NCBI GenBank assembly: GCA_951406725.2
Contig: OX597840.1
Coordinates: forward strand, 14,322,001-14,386,000
DNA length: 64,000 nucleotides
Direction of reading: 5' to 3'
Source of the DNA: Octopus vulgaris
Lineage: Eukaryota
Shown in pieces: positions 1 to 11,559 of the stretch (positions within the stretch are counted from its first letter, which is position 1; each line of letters starts with the position of its first letter). Position numbers and translations under genes: made by a program. The notes beneath the pieces were generated by a model. The model had not been told where the DNA came from. It did no database searches and saw only the letters and a list, made by a program, of their open reading frames with translations.

Positions 1-330
1 TGGTTCTGGGTTCTGTCCCACTGTGTGCACCTTGGGCAAGTATCTTCTACTATAGCCACAGGCCGACAAAAGCCTTGTGAGTGGATTTGGTAGACAGAAA
101 CTGAAAGAAGCCCGTCATATATATATGTATGTGTGTGTATATGTTTGTCTCCACAACATTGCTTGATCACCGATGCTGGTGTGTTTACGGCCCTGTAACT
201 TAGCAGTTTGGCAAAAGAGACTGATAGAATAAGTACTAGGCTTACTAAGAATAAGTTCTGGGGTCGATTTCCTCGTCTAAAGGCGGTGCTCCAGCATGGC
301 CACAGTCAAATGACTGAAACATGTAAAAGA
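1..330 (+). mobile_element. SINE family A copy (5' end outside window)
   Basis: Matches the family A pattern: ccttgggcaagt (CORE-like), gagtggatttggtagac, internal (TA/TG)n, gatagaataagtac, then cagtcaaatgactgaaac and a taaaagag tail. Confidence 0.85.
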
Positions 331-534
331 GTCCCTAAAGTTGACCAACATTACTTAGGTACCCTTTCTTGTTGGTACATTTTAGTATTCATGTCTACCT
401 GTGCCTACCCTATGTGTATGTTTGGACACCATTGCTGTTTTTCTTTGCTTGACTTCTTGCAGTTTTGTGTCTGCTCTTTCTCCATTTCTAGCAACTTGTT
501 TTTCAACTGACCATTGGACACAATAAACTCATTA

Positions 535-905
535 TCTTTTTCTACTCGAGGCACAAGGCCCGAAATTTTGTGGGAGGGAGCCAGTCAATTAGATCGACCC
601 ATGTATGCAACTGGTACTTAATTTATTGACCCTGAGAAAATGAAAGGCAAAGTTGACCTCAGTGGGATTTGAACTCAGAACATAAAGACAGACAAAATAC
701 CGCTAAGTATTTGGCCCAGTGTGCTAATGTGTTTGCCAGCTCACCGCCTTGGAAATCAATATTTTTTCCTACTCTAGGCACAAGGCCTGAAATTTTGGGG
801 GAGGGGGCCAGTCGATTAGATTGACCCCAGTACGCAACTGGTACTATCAACCCTGACAGGATGAAAGACAAAATCAACCTTGGCAGAATTTGAACTCAGA
901 ATGTA
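535..905 (-). mobile_element. Two tandem SINE family B copies (second one partial)
   Basis: Reverse complement gives ggcggtgagctggca...ttctgagttcaaat...gcctttcat...gtcaataaattaagtaccag, matching the family B copy at 39035. Confidence 0.8.
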
Positions 906-941
906 ACGACACAATGAATTCATTATCATATTATTCCTGGG

Positions 942-1262
942 AACGTGTGTGGCTTAGTGGTTACTGTATCCACCTTATGATTGCATGGTCATGGGTTCAG
1001 TTTCCAGTGATGTGTTGTGTCCTTCAGCAAGACACTTTATTTCACATTGCTCCAGTTCACTCAGCTGGCAAAAATGAGTTGTACCTGTATTTCAAAGGGC
1101 CAATCACATCACACTCTGTGTCATGCTGAATCTCTCTGAGAACTACGTTAAGGGTACATGTGTCTGTGGAGTGCTCAACTACTTGCACATTGATTTCACG
1201 AGCAGGCTGTTCCGTTGATCAGATCAACTGGAGCCCTCATCATTGTAACTGATGGAGTGCCA
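942..1262 (+). mobile_element. SINE family C copy (tRNA-like head plus CORE-like segment)
   Basis: A-box tggcttagtgg, B-box-like ggttcagtttcc, gcaagacactttatttcac; 3' part shared with 36858-37217 and 48068-49410. Confidence 0.8.
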
Positions 1263-2606
1263 TGTAATTCCTAAAGGTTTCATGCACACAGCCTTATTTG
1301 GCTAACTTATGAATGAACTACACCTCCCCCACAAAATAATGAAAATAATTTGTTCCTTCCCACTATTTATTAATGGCAAAACAAAATACAATTTACCTCT
1401 GTATAATTCTTGTTTCGTTGTCATGAATTCTTGTTTCGTATATGAAACAAGTTTAAGTTTAAACTATCTTAAGTTTTATTAAACATGACAATTTTATTTT
1501 CTGCCCCCATTTCAATCCTCATAGGCTTCATTGGTGGGGGCAGGGTCCACATCTTCTCTGCAAGAACCATTGTTTTAACAGGAATCATGGATTATCTACT
1601 GCTGAGAAGTGTGATCAGCATTTGTGTCACAAGCCACCCACATGATCCATGATGTCCTAAGCCATTTGTTATATATCAGCACTATCTTCATTAACCGTTA
1701 TCTGGCCATATTACTCATTAGATACATCATTTATATTTTCTAATTAAATTTGTAATTAACGAAGAATTTGGAAGGATTTACTAAAACAACGTTTTCATTA
1801 TTAAACTGGTGTTTGGGAGATATTTTATAGCAGTTATGATTTAATTCAATTTAATTTAAGATATGGATATTTTAAAATTGTCATTTTATATCAAAGAGAA
1901 AAAAACAGCTTCTGATTGGTTGCTGGCAAAGAAATTTTGTGATAAAAGTTGATAAAACTGTTGTTTGTTGCAATATTTTAAAACGTATTTAATCAAATCT
2001 TCTTTGGTCTTGTTTTTCCTGAGTATCACGAGTTGTACGTGTTCTTTTAAATTACGAAAAGCCAAATTCTCATATTTCTAAGACTTCTTTGATTACAGAA
2101 ATTCTATGGTGAAGATTGTAACATAATAATCGGAAAGTGTTCAATGCAACTTTCATTGGTGGCGTGTGGCAAGAGAGGTTTCTGGTAAAATAACTTTGTC
2201 TTTATTGATTTTGTGTCTGGGACACAAAAAGAAAAAAGGTCTTACATAAAATTATAAAGGAAAGTTTAAGATGAATATTTTAAAATAGGAGGTTTTGTGT
2301 TATAGAACTAGAAGTAGTCTTTGACAGAAGTTTGAAAATATGAAGAATTTGCAAATATTTATTAAAATAACAAACTTTTTCTTTACTAAATGAGTGTTTT
2401 GGACATGGTTTAGTGAAAAGTTTTTACATAAAATTATGTTGAGAAAACAACAAAAAAAAGTTTCAAATGAACATTTTGAAATAGCAAAGTTTAATATCAG
2501 AGAACCAGATGTGATCTCAGACTTATAATGGTCTCGAGAAAAAGCTGTGGAGCAATATGGTACCAGGCTGGAATAAATTGCTTAGTTTAGTAACTAACAT
2601 TATGGT

Positions 2607-2800
2607 TAAGGCAGTGAACTGGCAGAATTGTTACTACACTGGGCAAAATGCTTTATAGCTTTTCATCTGACTCTATGTTCTGAGTTCAAATTCTGCCAAG
2701 GGTGACTTTGCCGTTTATCTTATTGGAGTCGATAAAATAAGTACCAGTTGAGTTTTGGGGTCAATGCAGTTGACTTACCCCCCACCCCCAAAATTGCCGA
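2607..2800 (+). mobile_element. SINE family B copy
   Basis: gcagtgaactggcagaatt...ttctgagttcaaattc...gtcgataaaataagtaccag. Confidence 0.75.
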
Positions 2801-3328
2801 CCTTTGGAGATTTGTGGCATAGTGTTTAATGAGGGACCTTGGGGGTCTGCATACAACAAAGGTAGCATGTGTCGTGCCTGAATAGTGGAGGTGTATGATC
2901 AGGTAACTCTTAGTAACAGAGCCCTTTATAGAAGTGACAGAAAAAACAAAGGAGACAGCATGCCTGTATATCTCCCTGTTTTTTTCTTCTCTGATTACTG
3001 TAATGCCAGGGGCTGGAGTATCTCTGTTAGTGATTTAATGCCAGTTAGTTGAGTGGCTTTTCTCTGGCCCTTGAACATTACAGAATTCCTGTAGTCAAAA
3101 AATTCTTAGACTGGAATATTGTTCTTCATAATTTAAAAGAATATAAAAGACCATCTGAAGACATCTTGATTAAACATGTTCTGTTTTGTTGATTCTGTCC
3201 ACATGTTTTGTAGTGTTAAATAACCCCAACATTTTTACAATTTGATCTAAAAAATCTTTTCATATCAGTAAGTTGTTTGCTACTTCCCCTGTTTTATTAG
3301 ATAACTGCCAATTTCCAAATATTTAAAA

Positions 3329-3540
3329 ATCATCATCATCATCGTTTAATGCCCGCCTTCCATGCTGGCATGGGCTGGACCTTTTTTTTTATTGAAGAAT
3401 GGAAAGCCAGATGGCTGCACCAGGATCCAATCTGATCTGACAAGGTCTCCACAGCTGGATGCCCTTCCTAATGCCAACTACTCTGAGAGTATAATGGGTG
3501 CTTTTCATGTGCCCCCAGCACAGAGGCCAGTCAAACAGCA
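3329..3540 (-). mobile_element. SINE-like family D copy ((GAT)n tail)
   Basis: catcatcatcgtttaatg...ccatgctggcatggg...gctggatgcccttcctaatgccaac; same family at 4603, 42319, 45135, 56453 and 63459. Confidence 0.75.
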
Positions 3541-3874
3541 CTGCCATCAACCACATAAATTCAAACAAGAACATCATTATTAAATTAGGATCCAAACTTT
3601 AATCTAATGATAACAGTTATTTTATTAAATACCTGTAAATTCTTTACTTACTTTCAAAATTAATTGGAACATATCAGCAGTGTCCTTTAGTTGGTAATAT
3701 GGTCACATAATGGTTAAGGAAGATTCTCATGATACTTAAGAGAAAGTAAACAACAGCCTCATGTTTTGCTTTTTTTCTTCTGCATCATTGGCCAGCTGGA
3801 ACTTCTTTGATGCTCATACCTTTCCTGCATGTGTCAACTATAACTAGAATGTGAACTAGTGACATCAGTCTCAC

Positions 3875-3913
3875 CCGTCTTGGAGGACACTGTTCCTCTT
3901 CCTTCTTCCAGAC
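3875..3913 (-). other. Candidate 39-nt internal exon of an unidentified gene
   Basis: Minus strand reads tttttttttacttgctag|GTCTGG...AGACGG|gtgaga; length is a multiple of 3 and all frames are open; no homology recognised. Confidence 0.25.
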
Positions 3914-4602
3914 CTAGCAAGTAAAAAAAAAATAATAATAAAGAAAAATCTCCTTCGAATCACACATAGCCATCTTAGAAATAGAACTAGAACAATGGAA
4001 AATGTAGTTATAGACACAGGACAATGGTATGATAACAGGAACATGTTTGGTCACAGCTCCTCAACCTCAGGGCTGACCTGGGAAAGAAGCAACTATAACC
4101 ACAAGAACTACATCACTAGATTTTATGATGCTTAATTTAGAAATAAAGGTTTTTTAGGTTAAGAGTATTTATATATCGAGGAATAAGGTATCTGATGTTA
4201 GCTGGAGATGTAAGCAAACAAAAGACAGTGTATATAACTATACATACACACACACACACACACACACAGACACACGCACATAACTATACATACACACACA
4301 CACACAGACACACACACACACAGACACACGCACTTTAAATAATACGCACTCTGAAGATGACATTAATTGACTGGTAATTATAATCTTATTAACGATGACT
4401 TATCTCAGACATTTTAGCCTTTAATATCTGATGAAATTCAGTGGATGCTTAAATTTCTCTTCATGTTAGTAGTTGTTGTTGTGTGGTTTTCTGAAGGGTC
4501 AGTAAATTAGATTTGCTTGACATTGATCATAAAAAGTAACCATAAACGCAGCATTTTTGAAAGTTACAGAATACAGTGAGGTGATTAGATGTTGAATGAG
4601 AA

Positions 4603-4830
4603 CATCATCATCATTTAACGTCCGCTTTTTTCATGCTTGCATGGGTCAGACGGAATTTATTGAGGCAGATCTTTCTGCAGTTGGGTTCCTTTCCTACTGC
4701 CAGCCTTTGCTTATTTCTAAGCAAGGTAATATTTCCCCTTGGCCAGACATGTTTTTCATGGATGACTGGAAATGAATTAACTTGCTTGTATAATGGGATC
4801 TTCATTTACAACCATCATGTGATGTCAAGA
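4603..4830 (-). mobile_element. SINE-like family D copy, decayed
   Basis: catcatcatcatttaacgtccgc...catgcttgcatgggt. Confidence 0.65.
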
Positions 4831-4850
4831 AAAGGGTGTGCACATATGTA

Positions 4851-4889
<39 letters not shown>

Positions 4890-4896
4890 AAAACAG

Positions 4897-5058
4897 ACTT
4901 CTTTTAGTTTCTGTCTACCAAATCCACACACAGGGCTTTGGCCAATTCAAGGATGTAGCAGAAAACACTCCCCCTAGGTGCCACACAATGGTGGGACTGA
5001 ACCTAAGACTACATGTTTGAGAAGTAAACTTCTTAACCCCATGGCCACAACTATACCC
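4897..5058 (-). mobile_element. SINE family A, 5' part
   Basis: ctaccaaatccac...ggtgccacacaatggtgggactgaacc. Confidence 0.7.
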
Positions 5059-5879
5059 AGCAAGAAGAAAGATTCTAATAGTCTCAATAATTTGGGTATA
5101 AAACTCCTTTACAAACATTTGAGAAAGAGAGGGAGGGAGAGAGATAGTAAAAGTGAGACCCATTTTACCAACCTAAATGGACATTTATTTGTTCTCTTTT
5201 TTATCCTTTTAAACCTTTGTCAAGTCCATTAAATTATTTCAGGCAACAATTCTTTATTCTTGTTCTTGTTGCTATTTAATCTTCTAACTCCATTACTCTA
5301 ATCTTTTAGCACAATGGTTTTATATATATTCTGCAATGTTTCAAGCCAGCTACAACATTCCTCTAAAGTGTTCACATTCAAATTAAAATCTCATTCTAAT
5401 TCTCAAATGACAAATAATACTGTAAGATTTCAGTGGGTCAACACCCACTTCGTGTACCTAAATATTAACTTACAGATATTTTGTTAAAACCTCTTCCCCT
5501 CCCCACTCTCTCTCTCTCTCACAAGATCTTAATTATATTGAAATACATGGGTTGTGTGTCTCCGTTCATAAGAAATATGACCAAGGAAGGGTTAAAGCTT
5601 AACGTTGAAGAAATCTATTCTTGTCTCGCTTTTACTCGACTGTCAAGTTTAGATTGAAACAAGTCAATGAAGAAATGTGTTTATCAGGACTGAGGGTCCT
5701 TCTCATTATTAGAGATAAATTACAAGGACATAACAAGATTTTGGCTTAGAAATAGGTCATGAAGAGATGATAATTGCTGGTTCACATCTGTGTTCCAATA
5801 CGCAAAGATGTCCCAGCCTGTCAGCTTACATCTGTGTTTAGATGTTAGCTGATATTATTTATCATTAAATTGACAAGTT

Positions 5880-6227
5880 AGTCTGCAGAGAAATGGCTAA
5901 AATTTGCCTTGTTTATAATTATACCATATCTTGCATATTTATTATATCATACCTTGATGCTGTGTGGACTGAGAGCCCCATTGACAGGCTGCTGGTATTT
6001 ATAGAGTGTTAAACACTTTCGGTATGCAAATTAGGGACTCGTTCATAGGTTAACTGCTGCATTTGTTGAGTATATAAACAGTTTGGCTGCTTCTTTCTCT
6101 GGAGGCTGTCAGAATGATGTGGATGCCTCTGATGAGACCCCAATAAGGTTTGAAAATTGATTAAAGTCATTCATCATTTTTTCAGTCTGCAGAGAAACAG
6201 CTGAAATTTGTCCTGTTTATGGTTATA
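5880..6227 (+). mobile_element. PLE-like terminal-repeat relic with decayed hammerhead motif
   Basis: Direct repeat agtctgcagagaaa...tgtttat at about 5880 and 6184; ctgatga at 6129-6135 and gaaa at 6152-6155. Confidence 0.45.
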
Positions 6228-7117
6228 GAATATGTTACTTAAATTACTGTTTAAATTTTGAAGATTAAATTCTTTTTTTCATTTGGAATTTAAGTCAGAG
6301 AACACTTTCTAATTTGAATGAGTGCAAATCACCATTTGTTGGTATAATATTGCCCCATGCACCTATTTGTGATATCTCTTCAGATCACATCCTACAGTTT
6401 TAAAAGAAGAAAGGGCATATTGGACGATATAGTCTGAGATAGATTGTCAGAAGAAGAAAAAAATGAGCATGGTTTAAATATCTTCGATCACAGGTCTTCT
6501 CACTGTTACACATAGAAACATACACATGTATGTGTACTGTGAATGTTTAGATCTCTAATATGTAACCCTGAGTCCCGAGAAACAGTATTTGGAATTGTCA
6601 GTTTCCTGGAGAAAACACTTCCAGAGGGTTGCCATAGGAGCAGGATGAGATAACCTCATTCTCTGCTTGATGACAGTGGCCAGCAAATTGTAGTCGTTTC
6701 TGCTTTAGCTTGAGGGATATTGGTGTCAGATTTCCATAGATGTTACTAAGTGCACACACACACACATATACATATTACATACAACCTTCCTTCTCCTCAA
6801 CATCATTAACATCTGCTTTTCTATGCTTACATGGATAAGATGAGACTTTGTTGAGACAGAGTTTTCTACAGTTGGATGCCTTTCCTGAGGCTAACCCTCA
6901 GCAGTTCTGAAGTCCCCCCACCCACTATGTTATTGAACATCAAACAATCTTTCCATGATGAGTGCAAATAAATGACACTGAATGTATGAATGGTGGAAGG
7001 ATTTTGTTTAGAATCAACGCACACCCGTGTAAACACAACGGCAAATAGGAGCTCATTCAAATATTTACGCATGCATGTTTGAGTGCACATGCACACACAC
7101 ACACACATAAACACACA

Positions 7118-7155
<38 letters not shown>

Positions 7156-7379
7156 TGAATGTATGTATTTCCATCCATTTTGCTATTTGCAAAGAGAGAC
7201 GTGAAAATCTATAAAAGATATGTTATAGAAATATTGACATATTGCAAGAGTTGGGGTGGGGAAGTCTGAGATTAAAAATATTGATTGAGAAGAATATTAA
7301 GTTATAGGTGACTGGAGATATACAGATATTAATATACACCTATATTATGCCTGTGCGTGCATGTGTGTGTGTGCGTGGA

Positions 7380-7406
7380 TAATGTATATGTATATATATG
7401 TATGTA

Positions 7407-7449
<43 letters not shown>

Positions 7450-7454
7450 GAGAC

Positions 7455-7488
<34 letters not shown>

Positions 7489-7495
7489 GAGACAT

Positions 7496-7528
<33 letters not shown>

Positions 7529-7541
7529 ATAATAGAGACAT

Positions 7542-7589
<48 letters not shown>

Positions 7590-7867
7590 AGACATTATGT
7601 ATATATATATATAATAATAAAGAGAGACATATACATACATATATACATATATATATATAGAGTGAGACAGAGAAAGTTAGATATATATATACATACATAT
7701 ATTTGCATATATTTATACACATATATATATATATGTATGTATATATGTATGTATGCATGTATGTATATATATATATATGTATATATGTGTATATATATAG
7801 TATATTTGTATAAATATCTACATATATATATGTGTATATACACATGCGTATATACATGTATATGTGA

Positions 7868-7905
<38 letters not shown>

Positions 7906-7960
7906 ACATGCCTATTTATGTATATATACATAATTGTGTTATATATATATATATATGTTT
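7380..7960. repeat. Compound (TA)n/(TATG)n microsatellite
   Basis: Direct reading; source of the YIYIYI ORFs. Confidence 0.95.
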
Positions 7961-8135
7961 ATGTTATTTTGTTTGTTTTCAGTCATTTGACTGTGGCCAC
8001 AGAGATGTAAACAAACCAACATTGGTTGCCAAGGGATAGTTGGGGAACACAGACACAAACATATACACACATAAATGCATACATACATACATATTCATAT
8101 ACATATTTATGTGTGTGTGTGTGTATATATATATA

Positions 8136-8282
8136 GGGAGAGTTTACGAAAAAACAAAAGACGAAGACAGGTGGTGTACAAAAGAAACAGATGTATTAGT
8201 ATAACGCTCAGGAATTGAAAAAGTCTTTTACATTTCGAGCCTATGCTCTTCTACAGAAAGGGACACAGAAAAAAACAAGGAG
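8136..8282 (-). mobile_element. PLE-like terminal fragment with decayed hammerhead
   Basis: Minus strand reads cttt ctgtaga a gagc atag gctc gaaa tgta aaag; related to the motif at 52974-53000. Confidence 0.5.
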
Positions 8283-8421
8283 CGACACACACACCATATA
8301 AGCTGGTGTGCAATGCGACTGGCTGTACAAGATGACCCCTTAGGATTTCCATTTAAAAAGTGGGTTTTGAGCTATACTTGCTGAATAATACTAACCCAAG
8401 TTTTCACAGATTTATATATAA

Positions 8422-8925
8422 CTAGCAGTATCGCCCGGCGTTGCTCGGGTTTGCAAGGGAAATAACTATATAAGCATTTTTAGAGAGTTACTTCCTTTAT
8501 AGATGCCAATTTGGGCTTTCTTAGCCATTTCTGTTTTGGTGTCTTCAAGCCATGAAGTCGTTGTTCTAAAAGAATGCTGGTCTCCTTGACAACGCATTAC
8601 GACGTTGATTTCCTTAAACTCCCTTCCCCACAGCTTCACGAGGGAGGGAAGAAGGGGGAGAAGCAAACACAGGTGCAGGTGTTTGAGCGTGGACGCCAAC
8701 TCCGCCGCCATTGACACACGAAAAATTATGCATTAAAATGGAATAAAAAATGATGTTAAATTATTTTTAAAATCGTAGACTCATCGTAGACGCGCGCTAA
8801 TACTCAGACGGGCTCGATATGAATCACGACTATAAGATACCCGAATTTGGTTAAACTGCACCGCAAAATGTGGGAGGAGTTAGGAATCTAAATCGTAGGA
8901 GACAGACACTCACACAACTACAGTT
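8422..8925 (-). mobile_element. Non-autonomous Helitron-like element
   Basis: Minus-strand 3' end is CTAG (8422-8425) followed by T and preceded by a GC-rich hairpin (cccggcgttgctcggg, 8434-8449); the other end has a short tgtctgtc tract; relatively CpG-rich. Confidence 0.7.
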
Positions 8926-9477
8926 GTGTGCATCAAATCATTGATGAACTGTTTTCTACCTAAAGAATCACACCTCGTATTTGATAGTAAAATATAATTC
9001 TTTCATCTTCGTCAATGTCTGAGACCAGTAATGCATACAAGTGATAGCGGATGCCACCCACCAAAAAATGGCAGTACATTGCTTGCTTTTTTTTTACTTA
9101 ATTTTTTGTTTTACTTTTTTTTTACTGGGGCAGTGAACAGTTTCATGGTAATTCTAAAAAATTAATTAAAGATATTGATGTTTTATTTACAAAAGTATTA
9201 TGATGTTATTTACAGAACATTGAAAGATAGCAATACCATCATTCCAGAAGTTTTTTTTTTATCACAATATTCTTCCTAAGACTGCAAGTTCCAGAAAGAT
9301 ATCACAGTTATTAAAATATTTCTCATTTCTCTTTTGTGCTGAAAGAAAATCACATTGAAATTCTCGCTCAGTCATTCACTCTCATTATAACTCTCTCACT
9401 GTTGCTCACTCTTTCTTTCTTTTGTCGTCCTTCTAATCATTTTCATTTTATTTTCCTTATTGTTATCTTTTATCCCT

Positions 9478-9842
9478 CACTTGTTTCAGTCATTTGACTG
9501 TGCCCATACTGGGGCATTGTCTTGATGGCATTTAGCCAAACAAATAGACCCCATAACTTTTGGGCTTTTTTTTTTAAGCCTGGTACTTTGGCCACTTTTG
9601 CCAAACTGCTAAGTTATGGGGATGTAAACATACCGACACTGGTTGTCAGGTGGTGGTGGGGGACAAACATAGACACACACAGATACGATGGGATTCTTTT
9701 AGTTTCATTCTACCAACACCATCAGAAGGTTTTGGTCATCCGAGGCTATAGTAGAAAACATTTGCCCAAGGTTTCACACAATGGGACTGAACCTGGAACC
9801 ATGTGGTTGCGAAGCAAACTTCTTACCACACAGCCACATCTG
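9478..9842 (-). mobile_element. SINE family A copy
   Basis: cttgtttcagtcatttgactg ... cttaccacacagccac. Confidence 0.85.
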
Positions 9843-9969
9843 TTGCTCACTTTCTAATTGAAATTTATCAGCCATCTACCTGCACACCATCTCCTCCCTA
9901 CAGCAACAGCAAATAAATGCATATTGCTAATTATGATGTGAATATATACATATATATATATATACATAT

Positions 9970-10002
<33 letters not shown>

Positions 10003-10410
10003 GGCGCAGGGGTGGCTGTGTAGTAAGTAGCTTGCTAACCAACCACATGGTTCCAGGTTCAGTCCCACTGCGTGGCATCTTGGGCAAGTGTCTTCTGCTA
10101 TAGCCCCAGGCCGACCAATGCCTTGTGAGTGGATTTGGTAGACGGTAACTGAAAGAAGCCTGTCGTATATATGTATATATATATAAGTGTGTGTGTATAT
10201 GATTGTGTGTCTGTGTTTGTCCCCCTAGCATTGCTTGACAACCGATGCTGGTGTGTTTACGTCCCCGTCACTTAGCGGTTCGGCAAAAGAGACCGATAGA
10301 ATAAGTACTGGGCTTACAAAGAATAAGTCCCGGGGTTGATTTGCTCGACTAAAGGCGGTGCTCCAGCATGGCCACAGTCAAATGACTGAAACAAGTAAAA
10401 GAGTAAAGAG
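10003..10410 (+). mobile_element. SINE family A, full length
   Basis: ggcgcaggggtggctgtgtagtaag head, B-box-like ggttcagtccc, CORE-like cttgggcaagt, taaaagag tail. Confidence 0.9.
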
Positions 10411-10424
10411 TATATATATTTATA

Positions 10425-10823
10425 CTCTTTTACTCTTTTCAGTCATTTGACTGCGGCCATTCTGGAGCACCGCCTTTAATCGAGCAACTTGACCCCAGGA
10501 CTTATTCTTTTGTAAGCCCAGTACTTATTCTATCGGTCTCTTTTGCCGAACCGCTAAGTAACAGGGACATAAACACACCAGCATCGGTTGTCAAGCAATG
10601 CTAGGGGGACAAACACAGACACACAATCATATACACACACACTTATATATATATACATATATACGACAGGCTTCTTTCAGTTACCGTCTACCAAATCCAC
10701 TCAGAAGGCTTTGGTTGGCCTGAGACTATAGTAGAAGACACTTGCCCAAGGTGCCACGCAGTGGGACTGAACCCAGAACCATGTGGTTGGTAAACAAGCT
10801 ACTTACCACACAGCCACTCCTGC
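10425..10823 (-). mobile_element. SINE family A, full length, inverted tail-to-tail with the previous copy
   Basis: Reverse complement of the 10003-10410 family sequence. Confidence 0.9.
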
Positions 10824-10833
10824 ATACACACAC

Positions 10834-11489
10834 AACAATTGAAAGAAAGATGTCAATTCATTACGGCCATTTCTAATGATTCCTTTAATAGAATAATGAG
10901 TATATTATATAATTATAAAGAAACTGTTTCCCTCAGATGAATGTGTGAACCTTGCAATTAACAACATTCCAAATGATTTAACATCTTTCAAAATCCACAG
11001 AGCAAAAGATTTTCACTGATTCTGCTGCTATTACAGTTGACAGAATCAGTGAAAATGTTTTGCTCCGTGGATTTTGAAATATGTTAAATCAATTGGAATG
11101 TCATTAATTGCTAGGTTCACGCATTCATCTGAAGAAAACGGTTTCTTTATAATGATATAATGTACTCATTAATAAATTCAAGGAGTCATTAGAAACGGTG
11201 GTAATCAATTGACTCCTGTTCTTCAATTGTTACTTATTTATATTTTATTCATGTATCTCAGAATATGTCCTCCACAAATTCTGAAGTATAGTATAGACTT
11301 TAAATTTAATAAAATGTACATGTCCAAATAGCTCAAAAACTCAGCTGGGTCAAATTGTCTGTATGCACCACAAGAATATCATTTGCCGCCATTCCTGTAC
11401 CAATGTTGATATTTACATAATATTGTTGTGTGTGTATATTATTCCGGCCCAATGAGGTGCCTCAACTTAAGTACCTAATTCCACTGAAT

Positions 11490-11491
<2 letters not shown>
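10834..11491 (+). mobile_element. PLE-like relic: about 190-bp inverted repeat (10834-11231) with a hammerhead-like motif in each arm, plus a 3' extension
   Basis: Arms 10834-11024 and 11041-11231 with a 16-nt spacer; right arm reads attcat ctgaaga ... gaaac ggtg gta atcaat. Confidence 0.65.
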
Positions 11492-11525
<34 letters not shown>

Positions 11526-11559
11526 GTATTGGTATCCAGAAGACTCACTTTAGCTAGTA

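Noticed and set aside
400-506. Minus-strand purine-rich candidate exon
   Set aside because: Weak acceptor, ambiguous donor and no homology
2990-3095. ctgatta ctgtaatg...cattacag aa hammerhead-like remnant
   Set aside because: Both core words are non-canonical; only stem II is supported
7413-8039. [12 protein letters not shown] and CVCVCV ORFs here and throughout the window
   Set aside because: Translations of dinucleotide microsatellites
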